From: Felis catus
Lineage: Eukaryota
Assembly: GCF_018350175.1 (NCBI RefSeq)
Contig: NC_058368.1
Coordinates: 51,833,815-51,897,814, forward strand
Direction of reading: 5' to 3'
DNA: 64,000 bases
Position 1 is the stretch's first letter. Each line of letters starts with the position of its first letter. Shown in pieces: positions 13,901 to 26,599 of this stretch. The position numbers were made by a program, and so were the translations under genes. The notes below the pieces were generated by a model. It was not told where the DNA came from. It worked only from the letters and a program-made list of their open reading frames with translations, and ran no database searches.

Positions 13901-16520
13901 TCTTTTCCCCAAACAATTATTTGATCTATAAGCATCTTCTGTTTACAAAAAACAAAAAACAAAACTTTGTAAGAAGGATGGTGTGTTCTGTTTTTCATTT
14001 TGATGAAAAGCTTTGAAAGAAAATAATGGTCTCATGTCTTCAAATATTCATCCCAGTTGAATTTGAATTGTTTGATTTTGCTTTATTCTTAGCACAGGGC
14101 TGTTAGAAATCAGTGTCTCAGAAAACTAGATTTTGGTTCCAGAACCTTAATTCTTTAATCCATCCAGTTGTTTTGATCCCATAGTAAACTTCTCATCCTG
14201 CTCTACGGAATCTTTAGTGATCTTCCTGCTAATTTGACAGCCTTCACTTTCCAGAAGACCGTAGGTGAGAAAGTAAAGGGGGAATCTGTGAGTGTCAGGA
14301 GCAAATACGAAGGTCCAAGGGTTGACGTGTCGATACATACATGGACCGTGTGACTGCATGATATGCCAGCCTGTAAGAAGGATGGTTTCAGGATCACTGT
14401 CCCAGTGTCGCCAGGCTGAGAGGCACCAGGGTATAAGGAGGAGAAATCAGATTGGTATGAAGTGGTAAGGGGAGCAGTAAGTTAACTGTGTACTAGACCT
14501 TTCCATGACCCATTTCAGCTCCCCTGTATCGTGATTGAGGGACTGAAGCTCCAAGGTGGAATGATTTCCAAAGGCTCCACCAGTTAGTTACTGAAAGGTT
14601 AAGACCACATTTCAGATTGTTTACACAGATTCTGAAGCGTTTACACCACTGATATTTTCCCCTAGCTTGGTTATGACCCATTAGTGTGTTATAAAGTCAG
14701 TTTAGTGGATTGACCAGCATTCCTTTTTCAAAAAATGAAGAGCAGAATATAAAATCAGAATGCGTCGTGTCTTATAACACAAATTTGTCTTGATTAAACT
14801 TCAGTTTTACATGTGTGTGCCCTGGCTCGAAGTAGTAATTGTATTTGTGCGATATGATCACAGTCAGGAAAATTCAATTTTACACCATTTGAAAGCAAGA
14901 CAGTCTTGGGGAAAGTAGGTGGGGAAGCACAGCTCTCTGAAGATAGGGCAGCACTGGGGAAAGTCAGGTCTTGCACACCTCAATCAGGAAGACAGGTCTA
15001 TATTCAGAAAATGCCAAATAAAAATATGCCAGCTAACATAAAATACAGTCCTACAGGGCCTTTATTTTAGTGAAGTGGCAATTAGAAGAATATTGAGACT
15101 TACGTAAAAAGGATGTGGCAGAGATTTTGAACTTGCCCAATTGGAAAGGACAGGAGAAACGTTCATAATTATACAAGGGGGAAATGGTGATATGTACAAA
15201 CTAAGGAAAATTTAATGAATGAGATATTCATCTTTCACGTGTAACACCCAAGACCCTGGACAGCTGGCTAAATCATTGCCAATTCTTTATCAGAGCTGCT
15301 GAACACCTTGTACTATGCATATGGCACAGCTAAATTAGACCACCTAAACTGTTTTTCCCATAATTGATTTTCAGCGAAAAGACCAGAGGGTGCTTCACTT
15401 TCTGACAATGCTAATTGAAAACCTGAGTGTTTTCTAGAAGCAAATGGAGTTGACTGAAGCATGTGCTGAGGTCTTTGAAACACTGCAGTGAGACATAGAA
15501 ATAAAAATTTAAATTGAACTGTGGAGGGTTGGGGGGAGAGTCTTATAGGACAATTCCATAACTGAAATTTGGATTTCATGTGTCCTTTTAATAGCTTAGT
15601 GGCGGAAAGTTTGCTTTGCAGTGGCTGACCATTTTGACCCTAGCAGGTGCTGGTGAATCAAACACTTGAATTCGACTAAAGATTGATCGATTGTGCTTAT
15701 CGGTGCTAATGTTTTAGCTTTTCTTAAAATAGAAGTTGCGATGATTGAAGGCTCTTAAATTACATGTCTGAAAACTGCCACATATTACTTCTCAGTGACA
15801 GGTTCCTAAAATCTGTGTATATATTTTGCTGTGTCATTTGTTTTTGTGTTATCAGAAGGATGACTTTAGAACCAAATGTCTACTTGAGAGTAACTGAGAT
15901 TTCTGGGTCGTTGTAATACTTCCTTTGAAACCTTCGGATTATTATTTTGGTTATTCCTGTCCCTCCCCATGTTAGCACTTGTATTAAGTGAGGCCATCAA
16001 GAATGAAATGTGTGGAAAAGAAGAGATTCTGTGAGAAAACTAACCATTTCTAGTCATGTGCTTTTGGAAGTTATTGAAGCAAGGTTAAAGAAACTTAAGA
16101 GTGTGACATTTTAAAGATAGCTTTTCTAATATTTGAAGAATTCTCAAGTTTTAGATGAAGGTTTTTCTTATATTCTTGCCAGATTGTAATATAGTTTCAT
16201 CCATGAAGCTATAGAATTTGAAAGAGCAGTTTGGAAGGCAGGAGGTATGCTGTATTAATGATGGCAAATTAGGATACTGTGATGACAAATAAGGTGATTT
16301 TTATGACTTTTAGGAAGATTGGAACCATGTAGGAGAAATACAAGTTTTACCTTGCTTATCTAATTTTGGAGTTATGTTGTACTCAAGGAGTCTGGAGTTA
16401 TGTGATCTCCATCTGCCTTTTTTCTTTATTTACATCCAGCTCTACGCCTAGCCATAGAAATAGTAGGCTCAGAGCTATCCTGGGTAGGTTGTTTGGAGAC
16501 TGACTGAAAATGATCACTTG

Positions 16521-16758
16521 GTTTTTGTTTTTGTTAAGTTTGTGAGAGAGAGAGGGAGGGAGGGAGGAAGGAGGAGGGGAGAGAGACAGTGTGAGTGGGG
16601 GAGGGGCAGAGAGGGGGAAAGACAGAGAATCCCAAGCAGGCTTTGCACTGTCAGTGCAGAGCCCGATGCGATGCGGAGGTTGAACTCATGAACCGCGAGA
16701 TCATGACCTGAGCTGAAATCAAGCCAGAAGCTTAACCGACTCAGCCACCCAGGTGCTC
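16521..16758 (-). mobile_element. CAN-SINE (feliform type)
   Basis: TSD CTGAAAATGATCAC(T/C)TG at 16504-16520 and 16759-16775. Confidence 0.94.
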
Positions 16759-17302
16759 CTGAAAATGATCACCTGTCTTCATATCATCCATTTGCACAAT
16801 GCTTCTAAAGTTTTATTAAGGTAATGCAACAAATGCGGCAAGGCTTTTTATAGAAAGCAGCAGCCCTCTATCGTTCCTACCTCTGAGTCTTCCACAGAGG
16901 CATCACTTGATACTCGTCTGGCTCTGTGTTTCACTTTCTATTTCTAAACAGTCCTCCATACTGTCTTAGACATTTGTAGACTTGTTTTGGAAGATGAAGA
17001 CTAAGCTCTCTTCTCTTCACCCCCAAACCATCATATCTGCTTTCCCTACTCCTAATGAGATCTTTGGATTAAATCCTATGTAACGCCTGTATTATAACTG
17101 TTCTTAGCTGAGCCCTGTGAATTGTGTGTTACATTTATTTTCCTCTAATCCCTCTGTTGCTCCAAGAGTTAGTAATGGATTCTCTTTTTCCCCTTCAATT
17201 TCTTTAATCCCTATTACTAATTTTTTCAAATACTCTATAAAAGCCATATATTTCTTGATTAGGTCATATATATCTGACAGTTTCTCTCTTCCCCCCCCCC
17301 CC

Positions 17303-17467
17303 TTTTTTGAGGAAGTGTGTGTGCAAGTGGGGGAGAGGAGCAGAGGGAGAGAAAGAATCTTAAGTAGGCTCCACACTCAGTGGGCTTGATCCCACGATCC
17401 TAGGATCATGACTTGAACTGAAACCAAGAGTGGGATGCTCAACCAACTGAGCCACCCAGGCACCCCC
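17303..17467 (-). mobile_element. CAN-SINE
   Basis: ...aaccaactgagccacccaggcacccc. Confidence 0.9.
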
Positions 17468-17755
17468 ATTTGAGTCTCATATCTGTTTTAAAAAATTTAT
17501 GCCATTCCTTCTGGAACTTTTAAGCCCATTGCTCTAGTCTTTACTGTTTGCTTCTTAGGCTGCAGGCACAGTGCTGTTTCTATGGGAATTCTTTAGGTTT
17601 CTTGCCTTTGTAGGATCCCCCATTTTTAAAATTCCTTGTCTTCATATTTCATTTATTCTGGTAGGTGGGACACAGCTTCTAATAGCTTTATGAGAAAGGG
17701 CACATTTATGAGAAGTACACTGTGAAATCTTGTATATTTCAAAATGTCTTTATCA

Positions 17756-17950
17756 GGGTGCCTGGGTGGCTCAGTTAAGCGTCTGGCTTTTGAATTTGGC
17801 TCAGGTCATGATCTCATAGTTCATGGGTTCAAGCTCCACATTGGGCTCTGTGCTGGCAGTATGGGACCTGCTTGGGATTCTCTCTCTCTCCCTCTCTGCT
17901 CCTACCCAACTCTCATTGTCTCTGACTCTCTCAAAATGAATAAAAAAATA
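17756..17950 (+). mobile_element. CAN-SINE
   Basis: gggtgcctgggtggctcag head, CT-rich body, A tail; TSD AAAATGTCTTT. Confidence 0.93.
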
Positions 17951-18278
17951 AAAATGTCTTTTTTCTCATAAAGATTCATAGTTGAGCTGGATATAAAAGT
18001 CTAAGTCAGTTACTTTTCCTTATGTTTGAAGGCATTGTTCTGTTTTCTAATTTTTATTGTGTTTTATATATTGAAGTGTACTGTGATTTGGATACCTAAT
18101 CCTTCTTGATTTCTTTAGCTTTCTTCATCCCTAGTTTTCTAAAATGTCATGTTGTACCTTGATAGAGGCCTCTCTATTTGTTGTACTGGATTTTGTAGGT
18201 GTTTTCACTTTAGAGCCCAGTGGCCTGCCTTCAATTCTCAGAATTTTTCTGCCTTTTAAAAAAAATAATAACTTTTTC

Positions 18279-18280
<2 letters not shown>

Positions 18281-18318
<38 letters not shown>
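18281..18318. repeat. (GT)19 microsatellite
   Basis: Seen directly. Confidence 0.97.
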
Positions 18319-18321
<3 letters not shown>

Positions 18322-19584
18322 AGAACCTGTAAAATAAGGTGCAGGCCCACCTGTACAATCATTTAATTTTTTAATCTGTCTTCTTTCACTGAAAGTAAAT
18401 CTGTCTTTGTTTTGCATCTGGAAGACTTCTTGATCTTTCAAACTCACTTATTGAATTTTCTGTTTCTGCTAAAATAGTTTCATTTTCCAAGAATGAAGAA
18501 ACTCTTCCTTCCTTCCTTTTTTTTTTTTGTGAAAGCAATGTTTTCTCTCAGATGATACCAATTTTAGTTGTTTTAGATTTTTCATCAGTTCCATGCATTG
18601 ATTTCTCAGTTCTTTTTTTCTCTACTTTTAGTCTCAGCCTTCTATTTACAAGGAATAGTCTAGGTATCTGGTGTCATTGATTATCTGTTTATACCCAAAG
18701 GAGACAGTTACTGAAATTGATCTGAAGTTTGGCATGGGTAGAGCTCTTCATAAGTGATTGGATGGGTAGTCAGTTCACGTTTCATTCAGCATTTCTAGGT
18801 CTTCTCTTGGGTTCATCTGTTTCTCCAGACACAATGCTTCTATACTGCTGAGAGATAGAAGTAATTCAGTCAATTCTAGGAATGTAAAGGGAGAATGGGG
18901 CTAGGGTTTTAACCAGTCAGCATGTAGACTTTCATTTCACGTCTCTGGCTCAGTAAAGTACTTCATCCTTCGTTCTGCTAAATTGATGTGCCTGAAGTCA
19001 GAACTTCTGGGTCAGCCTGTCCAGATCTTAAGTTGGCTCTGGTCTTAAGTTGTGATGGCAGAGGTGGTGGGACTGAGCCTGTTGGGAGTGAGCAATGCTT
19101 TTGAATATGCTACAAGGCTGTGTGGTCAAATTAAAGAACTGTATTGCATAGGCCTAAGGGATTAAGGAAATCTTCTTAAAGAGTTCCCTTATAAGTAAGA
19201 AAATCCACAAAAAATGACCTCAAATGTCCAACTGAGGCAACCTGGTTGGTGGAAGCTTTCTTATAGAAGATAAGAGCAGTTCTTATGATGCTAGAGGTAA
19301 TGGGCAGAGCAGTGCTTCAGACAGTAGCTTCCTGTGGCAGCTGAGAGGATTTGGAAAAAGCAGAGACTCAGGTGGTGACCTGAATTTGTGCGTTAAACAG
19401 TGAGGATAACTTACTAAAGAAGTCTAAAGATAATTTCCACAGTTGACTACATTAGTGGTTCATTTCTGTCAGGGCTGTGGCACCTACTTGTTTCACCTGA
19501 ATTCATCTGATTCACCTTGAGATGGCTACTCAAGTCTCAAGGACACTGAGGGACAGAAAACAGTAGGTTCCTGTCTTGTGAATT

Positions 19585-22150
19585 TTTTAGCTTTATTGAG
19601 ACAGTAGTGAAGTATAAGCTGCCTATATTAAAATATATTATTTGATAGATTTTGACATATGTACACACCAATAAAACCATCACCACAATTAAGAAGAGTG
19701 GCGTATCTTAATGCTCCAAGTTTCTTTGTGGCCCATTGTATGCCCTCTCTCCTCCTGCCTACCTCCCATCAAGGCAACCACTGGTCTGCTTTTGGTCAGT
19801 TTAGATTAGTTGCATTTTCTATACTTGCATATATACGAAACTATATAGTATGTACTGTTTTTTGTTGATTTTTGGTCTGGCTTTTTACAATCAAGATAAT
19901 TATTTTGAAATTCTTCTGTGTTGTTACATGAATCAATAGTTTATTCCTTTTTATTGTGAGAGCTGTTAGACTGTATGGATGTAACAATGGTTTGTTTATC
20001 CATTCATCTTTAAATGAACACTTGGGCTCTTTTCAAGTTTTGGCTATTCCAAATAAGTCTTTGTGTGGACACATGCATTCATATCTTTTGACTAAGTACT
20101 TGCTGTTGAGAGGCTGGAACAGAGTAGGTATATGTTAACTTTTTACGAAGCTGCCAGTCTTTCCCATAGTGCTTATGCTGTTTCACATTTCCACCAGCAC
20201 TGTATGAGAGTTGCAATTGCACCTTATTATCACCGATACTTGCCATGGCCAGTTGTTTTAGTTTTAACCGTTCTAATAGATGGGCAGTAGTACCTCGTAG
20301 TGGTTCTGCTTTGCATTTCCCTGATGACAAATGATGAGCGTATTTCCTATAATGCTGTTTGCCATTCATAGATTTTGTTTGGTAAAATGTTCAAATCTTT
20401 TGTCCATTTTTAAAAATTGAGTTGCTCATTATTAAGTTTGCAGAGTTTTTATGTATATTCTACATACAAGTTTTTAAACCAGATATGTGATATGCAAATA
20501 TTTTTACCCAATCTGTGGGTTATCTTTTATTCCTTCTCTTTCAGAGAGCAAAGGTTTAATTTTAATTTTAGTGAAGCCTAATTGATAAATTTTTTTTTCT
20601 TTTATGGATCATACTTTCCATATAAGAAATTGTATCTAAGAAATATTTACCAACTCAGGTTTACAAAAACTTTGCCCATGGTTTCTCTTTAAAAGTTTTA
20701 TAGTTCCAGGTTTTCCATTTTTGTGAACATGTCTTGAGTTAACTTTGGCTCTTGTGTGAAGGCTGGGTCAAAGTACTTTCTGTGGGGTGCCTGGGCGGCT
20801 CAGTCAGTTGAGTGTCCAGCTCTTGATTTAGGCTCAGGTCATGATCCCAAGGTTGGGGGCTCAAGCCCACCATTGGACTCTGCCCTGAGCATGGAGACCA
20901 CTTAAGATTCTTTCCCTCTGTCCCTCTCTGCCTCTGCTCTTCTCCCCCGTTTGGGTGTTCTGTCTCTAAAAAGAATAAAAAAATTTGCTTTTTGCAGATA
21001 GATATCCATTTGTTTCAGCATGATTTATTCAGAAGACCATCTTTTCTTCATTGAATTGTCTTTATACTTTGTCAAGAATCAGTTTTCCATATGTGTATAG
21101 TTCTGGACATTTTGTTTCCCCATTGATCTGTATATCTTTACGTCATACTAAACTGTCTTCACTGTTGTAGCTTTGTAATGTGTCTCAGTCAGTGGTAGCT
21201 CTTGAACTTCATTGTTTTTTAAAGGTTGTTTTGACTCTTCTAGGATCTTTGCATTTCCATATGAATTTTAGAATGAGCTTTTACATTTCTTTAAGAAGCT
21301 TACTGAAATTTGGGAATTTTGTTAAATAGATAAATTTAGGGATAATTTACATCTTAACAATATTTTGCCTTCTAATCCATGAACTTGGTCTGTATTTTTA
21401 TTTATATCTTCTTTAATTTTTTTCAGAATGCTTTGTACTTTTCAGTGTAGAGGGCTTGACATACTTTGTCAGATTTATCCTTAGGTATCTTATTTTTTTT
21501 TTATACTATTGTAAATGGAAAGTGAAATTTCAAAAATGCTGATTGTTGCTAGTATATAAATGCAGTTAACTTTTGTATGTTGATCTGGTATGCTACAATC
21601 GTGTTACTAAACTCCCTTCTTAGTTTTGGTATCTTTTTTGTAGGTAGATGATCATGTCATCTGTGAATAAAGATAGATTTACGACTTCCAGTCTAAATGT
21701 TTTTATTTATTGCATGATTGTACTAGCTAGAACCTCTAGTCTTTATATCCTTCTTGATGTTAGGGGAAAAGTGTTTAGTCTTTCACTGTAAAGACACTGT
21801 TTTTGTAAATGCCTTTAATCAGATTAAGGGTGTTTCCTTTTTAATTTGCTGAGAGTGTTTAATGGATGGATGTCATATGCTTTTTTCTTTGTTGAGATTA
21901 TTACATGCCTTTTCTGTGATAAGCTACACTGATATTTGAATGTTAAGCCAATTTTCATTCCTGGGATAAACCCCACGTGGTACTGATAAAGCATCCCTTT
22001 TACATACTGTTGGACTCAATTTGCCAGAATATTCAGATTTGTGCTTCTGTGTTCATGAGGGATATTGGTCTTCAATTCCTTTCTTTATAATATTTGGTAG
22101 AATTTAGGAGTGAAGCCTTCTGGACCTGGGCTTTTTGTTGTGGGTAGTCT
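19585..22150 (-). mobile_element. Old L1 (3'UTR plus ORF2 3' part), antisense
   Basis: Antisense L1 motifs such as ttgcatttccctgatg, ttgcatttccatatgaattttagaat and cctgggataaacccca. SINE inserted at 20784. Confidence 0.88.
20784..20983 (+). mobile_element. CAN-SINE nested in L1
   Basis: ggggtgcctgggcggctcagtcag head; A tail. Confidence 0.92.
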
Positions 22151-22384
22151 TTTACATTTATATCCTTTAACTTTTAACCTGTGTGGTTATATTTAGAGTG
22201 CATATATTGTAGACAGCATATAATTGGGTCTTTTCTGGTCACTTTAAAAATGAGGAGAAATGTGCTCACGTGCCCATCAGAAGATACCCCTTAGTTTTTA
22301 TTGGCTAGAATTGTTTCCAGAGCTTGTGCCTAAACCAGTAATCAGGCAACTAGGAATAATGGAAATACTCAGATTGGCTTAGCC

Positions 22385-22586
22385 CAGTGCACCCATCTCT
22401 AGGTGAACTCTCCAGACAGTAATATCAGCATCACCTGGGAACTTACTAGACATTCAGATTCTTTGACCTCATTCCAAACATACTGAATCGGGTAGGTTAG
22501 ACCTGCCTGCCACCAAGTGTTTAGCAATTTGTGTTTTAAAAAGCCTGCTAAGAGATCCCAATGCACCAGAGATTGAGAACAACTGA
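22385..22586. mobile_element. MER5-like hAT-Charlie DNA transposon relic
   Basis: cagcatcacctgggaactt...ttgagaacaactg. Confidence 0.7.
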
Positions 22587-22856
22587 CTTAGGCTAGCCTT
22601 TACTTGGGAGTCTAGAGCAAGCCCCCCAGTACTGGACAGTTCAGAGGTCTTTCAGCAAGGGAGGGTGAAAAGGATGGATTTACATAGGTAGGTATTAATC
22701 TTGTCACGGTAGACCAAGGCGGGGCCCAGGAATAAGTTTTGACTAATCGCTATATTCCCGATGAAGGGAGGACCGCGGCTCACTCTCTAAGGGAAGAATG
22801 TTCTATTAGGATTACTACTAAATTGATTAAAAGATATTTTACATCTGCATCTGCAG

Positions 22857-23174
22857 CAGGAGTTAGCAAACTGTGTCCTGGGGCAAATCAGGCCGGCTGC
22901 ATAGTTTGAATGGCTAGTTAGCTAGATATTTACATTATTAAAAGACTGGGTAAAAAACCCAGAAGAATACTCTTTCATGACATTGAAAATTATGGGAAAT
23001 TCAAGTTCCTGTGTCTATAAATATTTTGGAGAAGCACAGTCCTATTTATATATGGTCTGTGATGCTTTGGAGCTGCCACAGTGGAGTTGAGTGGTCGTGA
23101 CAGAGACTGTGTGGCCCACAGAGCCTAAATATTTACTAGCTGCCCCTTTATAGAAAATGTTTGTCAACCTCTGA
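22857..23174. mobile_element. MER58-like hAT-Charlie element
   Basis: Terminal inverted repeats caggagttagcaaac ... gtttgtcaacctctg; internal gcctaaatatttact. Confidence 0.8.
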
Positions 23175-24118
23175 TCTACAAGAAGAATTTGCTGAAGAAT
23201 AGTACCACTCCCCAACCATCTTGGATAACTGAGAAATTATTTTGATAGATGGGAGTCCTGACTATAACAGTATGAGAATGAATAATGAAGTAAGGTGTTC
23301 CAAGAAAATGCGCTCATTAGAATTGTGGTAACTTTGTTTAAAGAAGTATTACTTTCACGATATTTATAATTAGAATGCAGCTTTACAAATGTTAATTACT
23401 AGAACCAGTGGTTATAATTTTCTTTCTTTTTTTGTCAGCTAAGGCGATGAACTTCTTTTGTATAACCCTGTGACTGAAAATACTCTCTAAGTTACCTTAG
23501 CACCATATATCAGAAATAATATTACGGTTATTTTGAGTTCTGCCTATTCTGTTTAATGGTATAGATGCTGAAACCAAACTTTTCCCTACAACATATCTTT
23601 GAAAGCTGTTTGGCTTTCTTGAGAAAGAAGCACATACCAGATTTGGTACAGATTTGAGACGGGGAATAACTGATTATTTAAGGGTTGAGAGGATCAACAG
23701 ACTTTCACTAGTTTTAGGCTTATATTTTTAAAAAGCACAGAAGATTTGCCTCGTTTGCCGTGTCATGTTTACATACATGAGCTCAGTTCACGTAAGATTC
23801 TGTCACCAAAGAGATGAAAGTGTCCATTTCTACAAATGCAAGTGAGGTAGTCAGATCATCGCGGTGCCTGTTCAAGGTCAGTTCAATAACAAAAGCCTCC
23901 TTTCTGACTATGAGATGTTGTTTATAGTTTTTTGAAGTCCTCCTTCCCACCAAGCTTCAGAGAGCATACTATTTTATTTGGGGGCATTTCCCTGTTAAAA
24001 AATAATTTTGGTATTTGAAGTAATCAAATGTGAGCTTTGTTTCACTAGAAACTTGTTAAATACATGTTGTTTTCCCTAGAAGAGGGGTCATCTCTGTATA
24101 CCTATATAATACCTATAA

Positions 24119-24361
<243 letters not shown>

Positions 24362-24959
24362 TAAATGGAAAAAACCTGCCCAAAGGTATAGCTGTTACAT
24401 GCAATTTGCTTCACATTTATTACACATCAGGATTTCCCAGTGTAAAATATATTTAGATTCATGCTTGTTTTTAGCCACATTTTTAGCTTGTGTTAGTTTG
24501 TGTTGAAAGATAGGAGTAAACTTTATTTTTCTGTGTTTTTTTTTCTTTCTGTTTGCAAATATACCAATAAATAAAATGGGTCAGCCTTTAATTCTCTGGG
24601 GACAGCAAGAAGGTGGTTGTGTGGCTGAATTCCAGGATGGAAAACTGAAGTTTCATTGGGACCTGAGTTCTGACCTTTTTGAGTTCCCTGAATGTTTAAT
24701 TGGGTTGTATAACTGGAAGTCCTAACCTTTATAAACTGGGAAATAATCTTCACACTGTATATAACATTAGTTAACTTATGGAGCCCAACATAAGTTTAAG
24801 TAAAACAAAACAAACAAAAATGGACTGCTGTGGAAGGAAGAGCAGTAAAAGGAATTAGTAAGCAGGACTTAGCTCCTTGCCATTTATATTTAATTAAGGC
24901 TGTGATTATTTAGGTTTTTGCTCATCTCTTAACTCTTGGTATCTCTTTCATTATCTAGC

Positions 24960-25120
24960 AGCAGTGTTTCCATTATCCGTATCACACTTGAGCTTGGAAT
25001 TACAGATTCCTGCCTCTTCCAGATTAAATAATCAGAATAACTGGGACTAGGGTCATGGGAATCTGCACCGACAAGTTCACCAGTGTGATTCTTACGCACA
25101 CTGTAGTTTGAGAACATCAC
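24960..25120. mobile_element. MER5-like fragment
   Basis: gggaatctgca...gtgattctt...agtttgagaac. Confidence 0.65.
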
Positions 25121-25840
25121 CTATGCAGCCTTTCGGGGATAACGATGGTTATCAAATTTTGGACAGGAGACAAAGTATAAAAGGTGACATTTCTTGAGCT
25201 CTTAATTCTGTGACAGTCAGTGCATTAGGTTCTTGACATCCTTCATTTTATTCACCCTAACCACACTCATCTGTAGTGGGCACTATACCCACTCCTAGAG
25301 AAGGGACAGGTGGAGTGGAGGGCAGTTAAGAGGGTTACTGGGGCCAGAGTGACACCGAGGGGCAGAGCCAGAACCTGGGTCTCCTTGACCCTAACGACTG
25401 TCCTTAATCAGTCTTCTGCTTTTTTGGCACAGCCATGACTGAAAACAACAGAAATCTGTTTTAACTATTTGGGAAACATCAAATTAAAAGGCACATTTTA
25501 TTAACATTGTAACTAAAACGAAATAACTTATTTAGTAATTAGTTGAAGAGTGGGGTAGGAACAAAGGAGAAGTATTAGGGTTAAAACTTTGGTGACAGAT
25601 GCTTATCTAAGATAGCAACTATCTGAGTTAGGAGACTTTGTTCATCTACCTAGCTGACCCTCAGCAAACCATTAAGTCCCTCTGGGCTTTTTAAAGGGTT
25701 ATGTTGACTGTCTCTAAGGTTCTTTATTCAAACATCTCTTGATTCAACTACTCTTTATATGGACACTCTTATATATGAATTTGGCTCAGTTTCATTTGAA
25801 GTAAAGTTCAAATGAAATTCAGAACTAGAATCCTTTAGTT

Positions 25841-26090
25841 GAGGGATCAACAAATTTTTTCTGAAAGGGACCTGATAGTAAATATTTTAGGCTCTGCAGT
25901 CCGCACGGTCTCTACCCTCAGTAGAAAGCAGCCATAAATGCAAACGTTAATGAGCAAGGCTCTGTTCCAGTAAACCTTTATCTGTGGACACTGAGATCAG
26001 AGACTGGAGTAGGAACTGGAGTGGACACTGAGATATGAAACTGGGGATGAGTTGGACTTGGGCTACCCAGGCCTTAGTTTGTGACCCCTG
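25841..26090. mobile_element. MER58A-like element
   Basis: gatagtaaatattttaggctctgcag...agtttgtgacccctg. Confidence 0.75.
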
Positions 26091-26157
26091 CTTTAGTTCA
26101 TTTGCACACAAGGTAGATTTACATACAAGATTGACTTAAAAAAAAATAGAGGCTTTG

Positions 26158-26262
26158 GGGGCACTTGGGTGGCACCTTGATTTCAGCTCAGCTCAGGGTC
26201 AAAAGGTTTGTGGGATTGAGCCCCACATCTGGTTCTCTGTTGACAGCGAGGGCCTGCTTGGG

Positions 26263-26312
<50 letters not shown>

Positions 26313-26599
26313 CCTCCCTCCCTCCCTCCCTCCCTCCCTCTCCCTCCCTCCCTCTCCCTCCCTCCCTCTCTCCCCCCTCTCCCCCCTCTCCCCCCTCTCC
26401 CCCCTCTCCCCCCTCTCCCCCCTCTCCCCCCTCTCCCCCCTCTCCCCCCTCTCCCCCCTCTCCCCCCTCTCCCCCCCTCCCCCTCTCCCCCCCTCCCCGC
26501 CTTCCCCCTCCCCCCTCCCCCCCTCCCCCTCTCCCCCTCTCTCCCTCTCTCCCTCTCCCCCCTCATGTGTTCTCTCTGTCTCTCAAATAAACATTTAAG
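26158..26599 (+). mobile_element. CAN-SINE with greatly expanded CT-rich segment
   Basis: 16-bp TSD AAAAATAGAGGCTTTG (26142-26157, 26600-26615). Confidence 0.94.
26264..26564. repeat. ~300-nt polypyrimidine compound repeat, (CT)n-(CCCT)n-(CTCTCCCCC)n
   Basis: Seen directly; only one purine (G at 26499). Confidence 0.96.
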
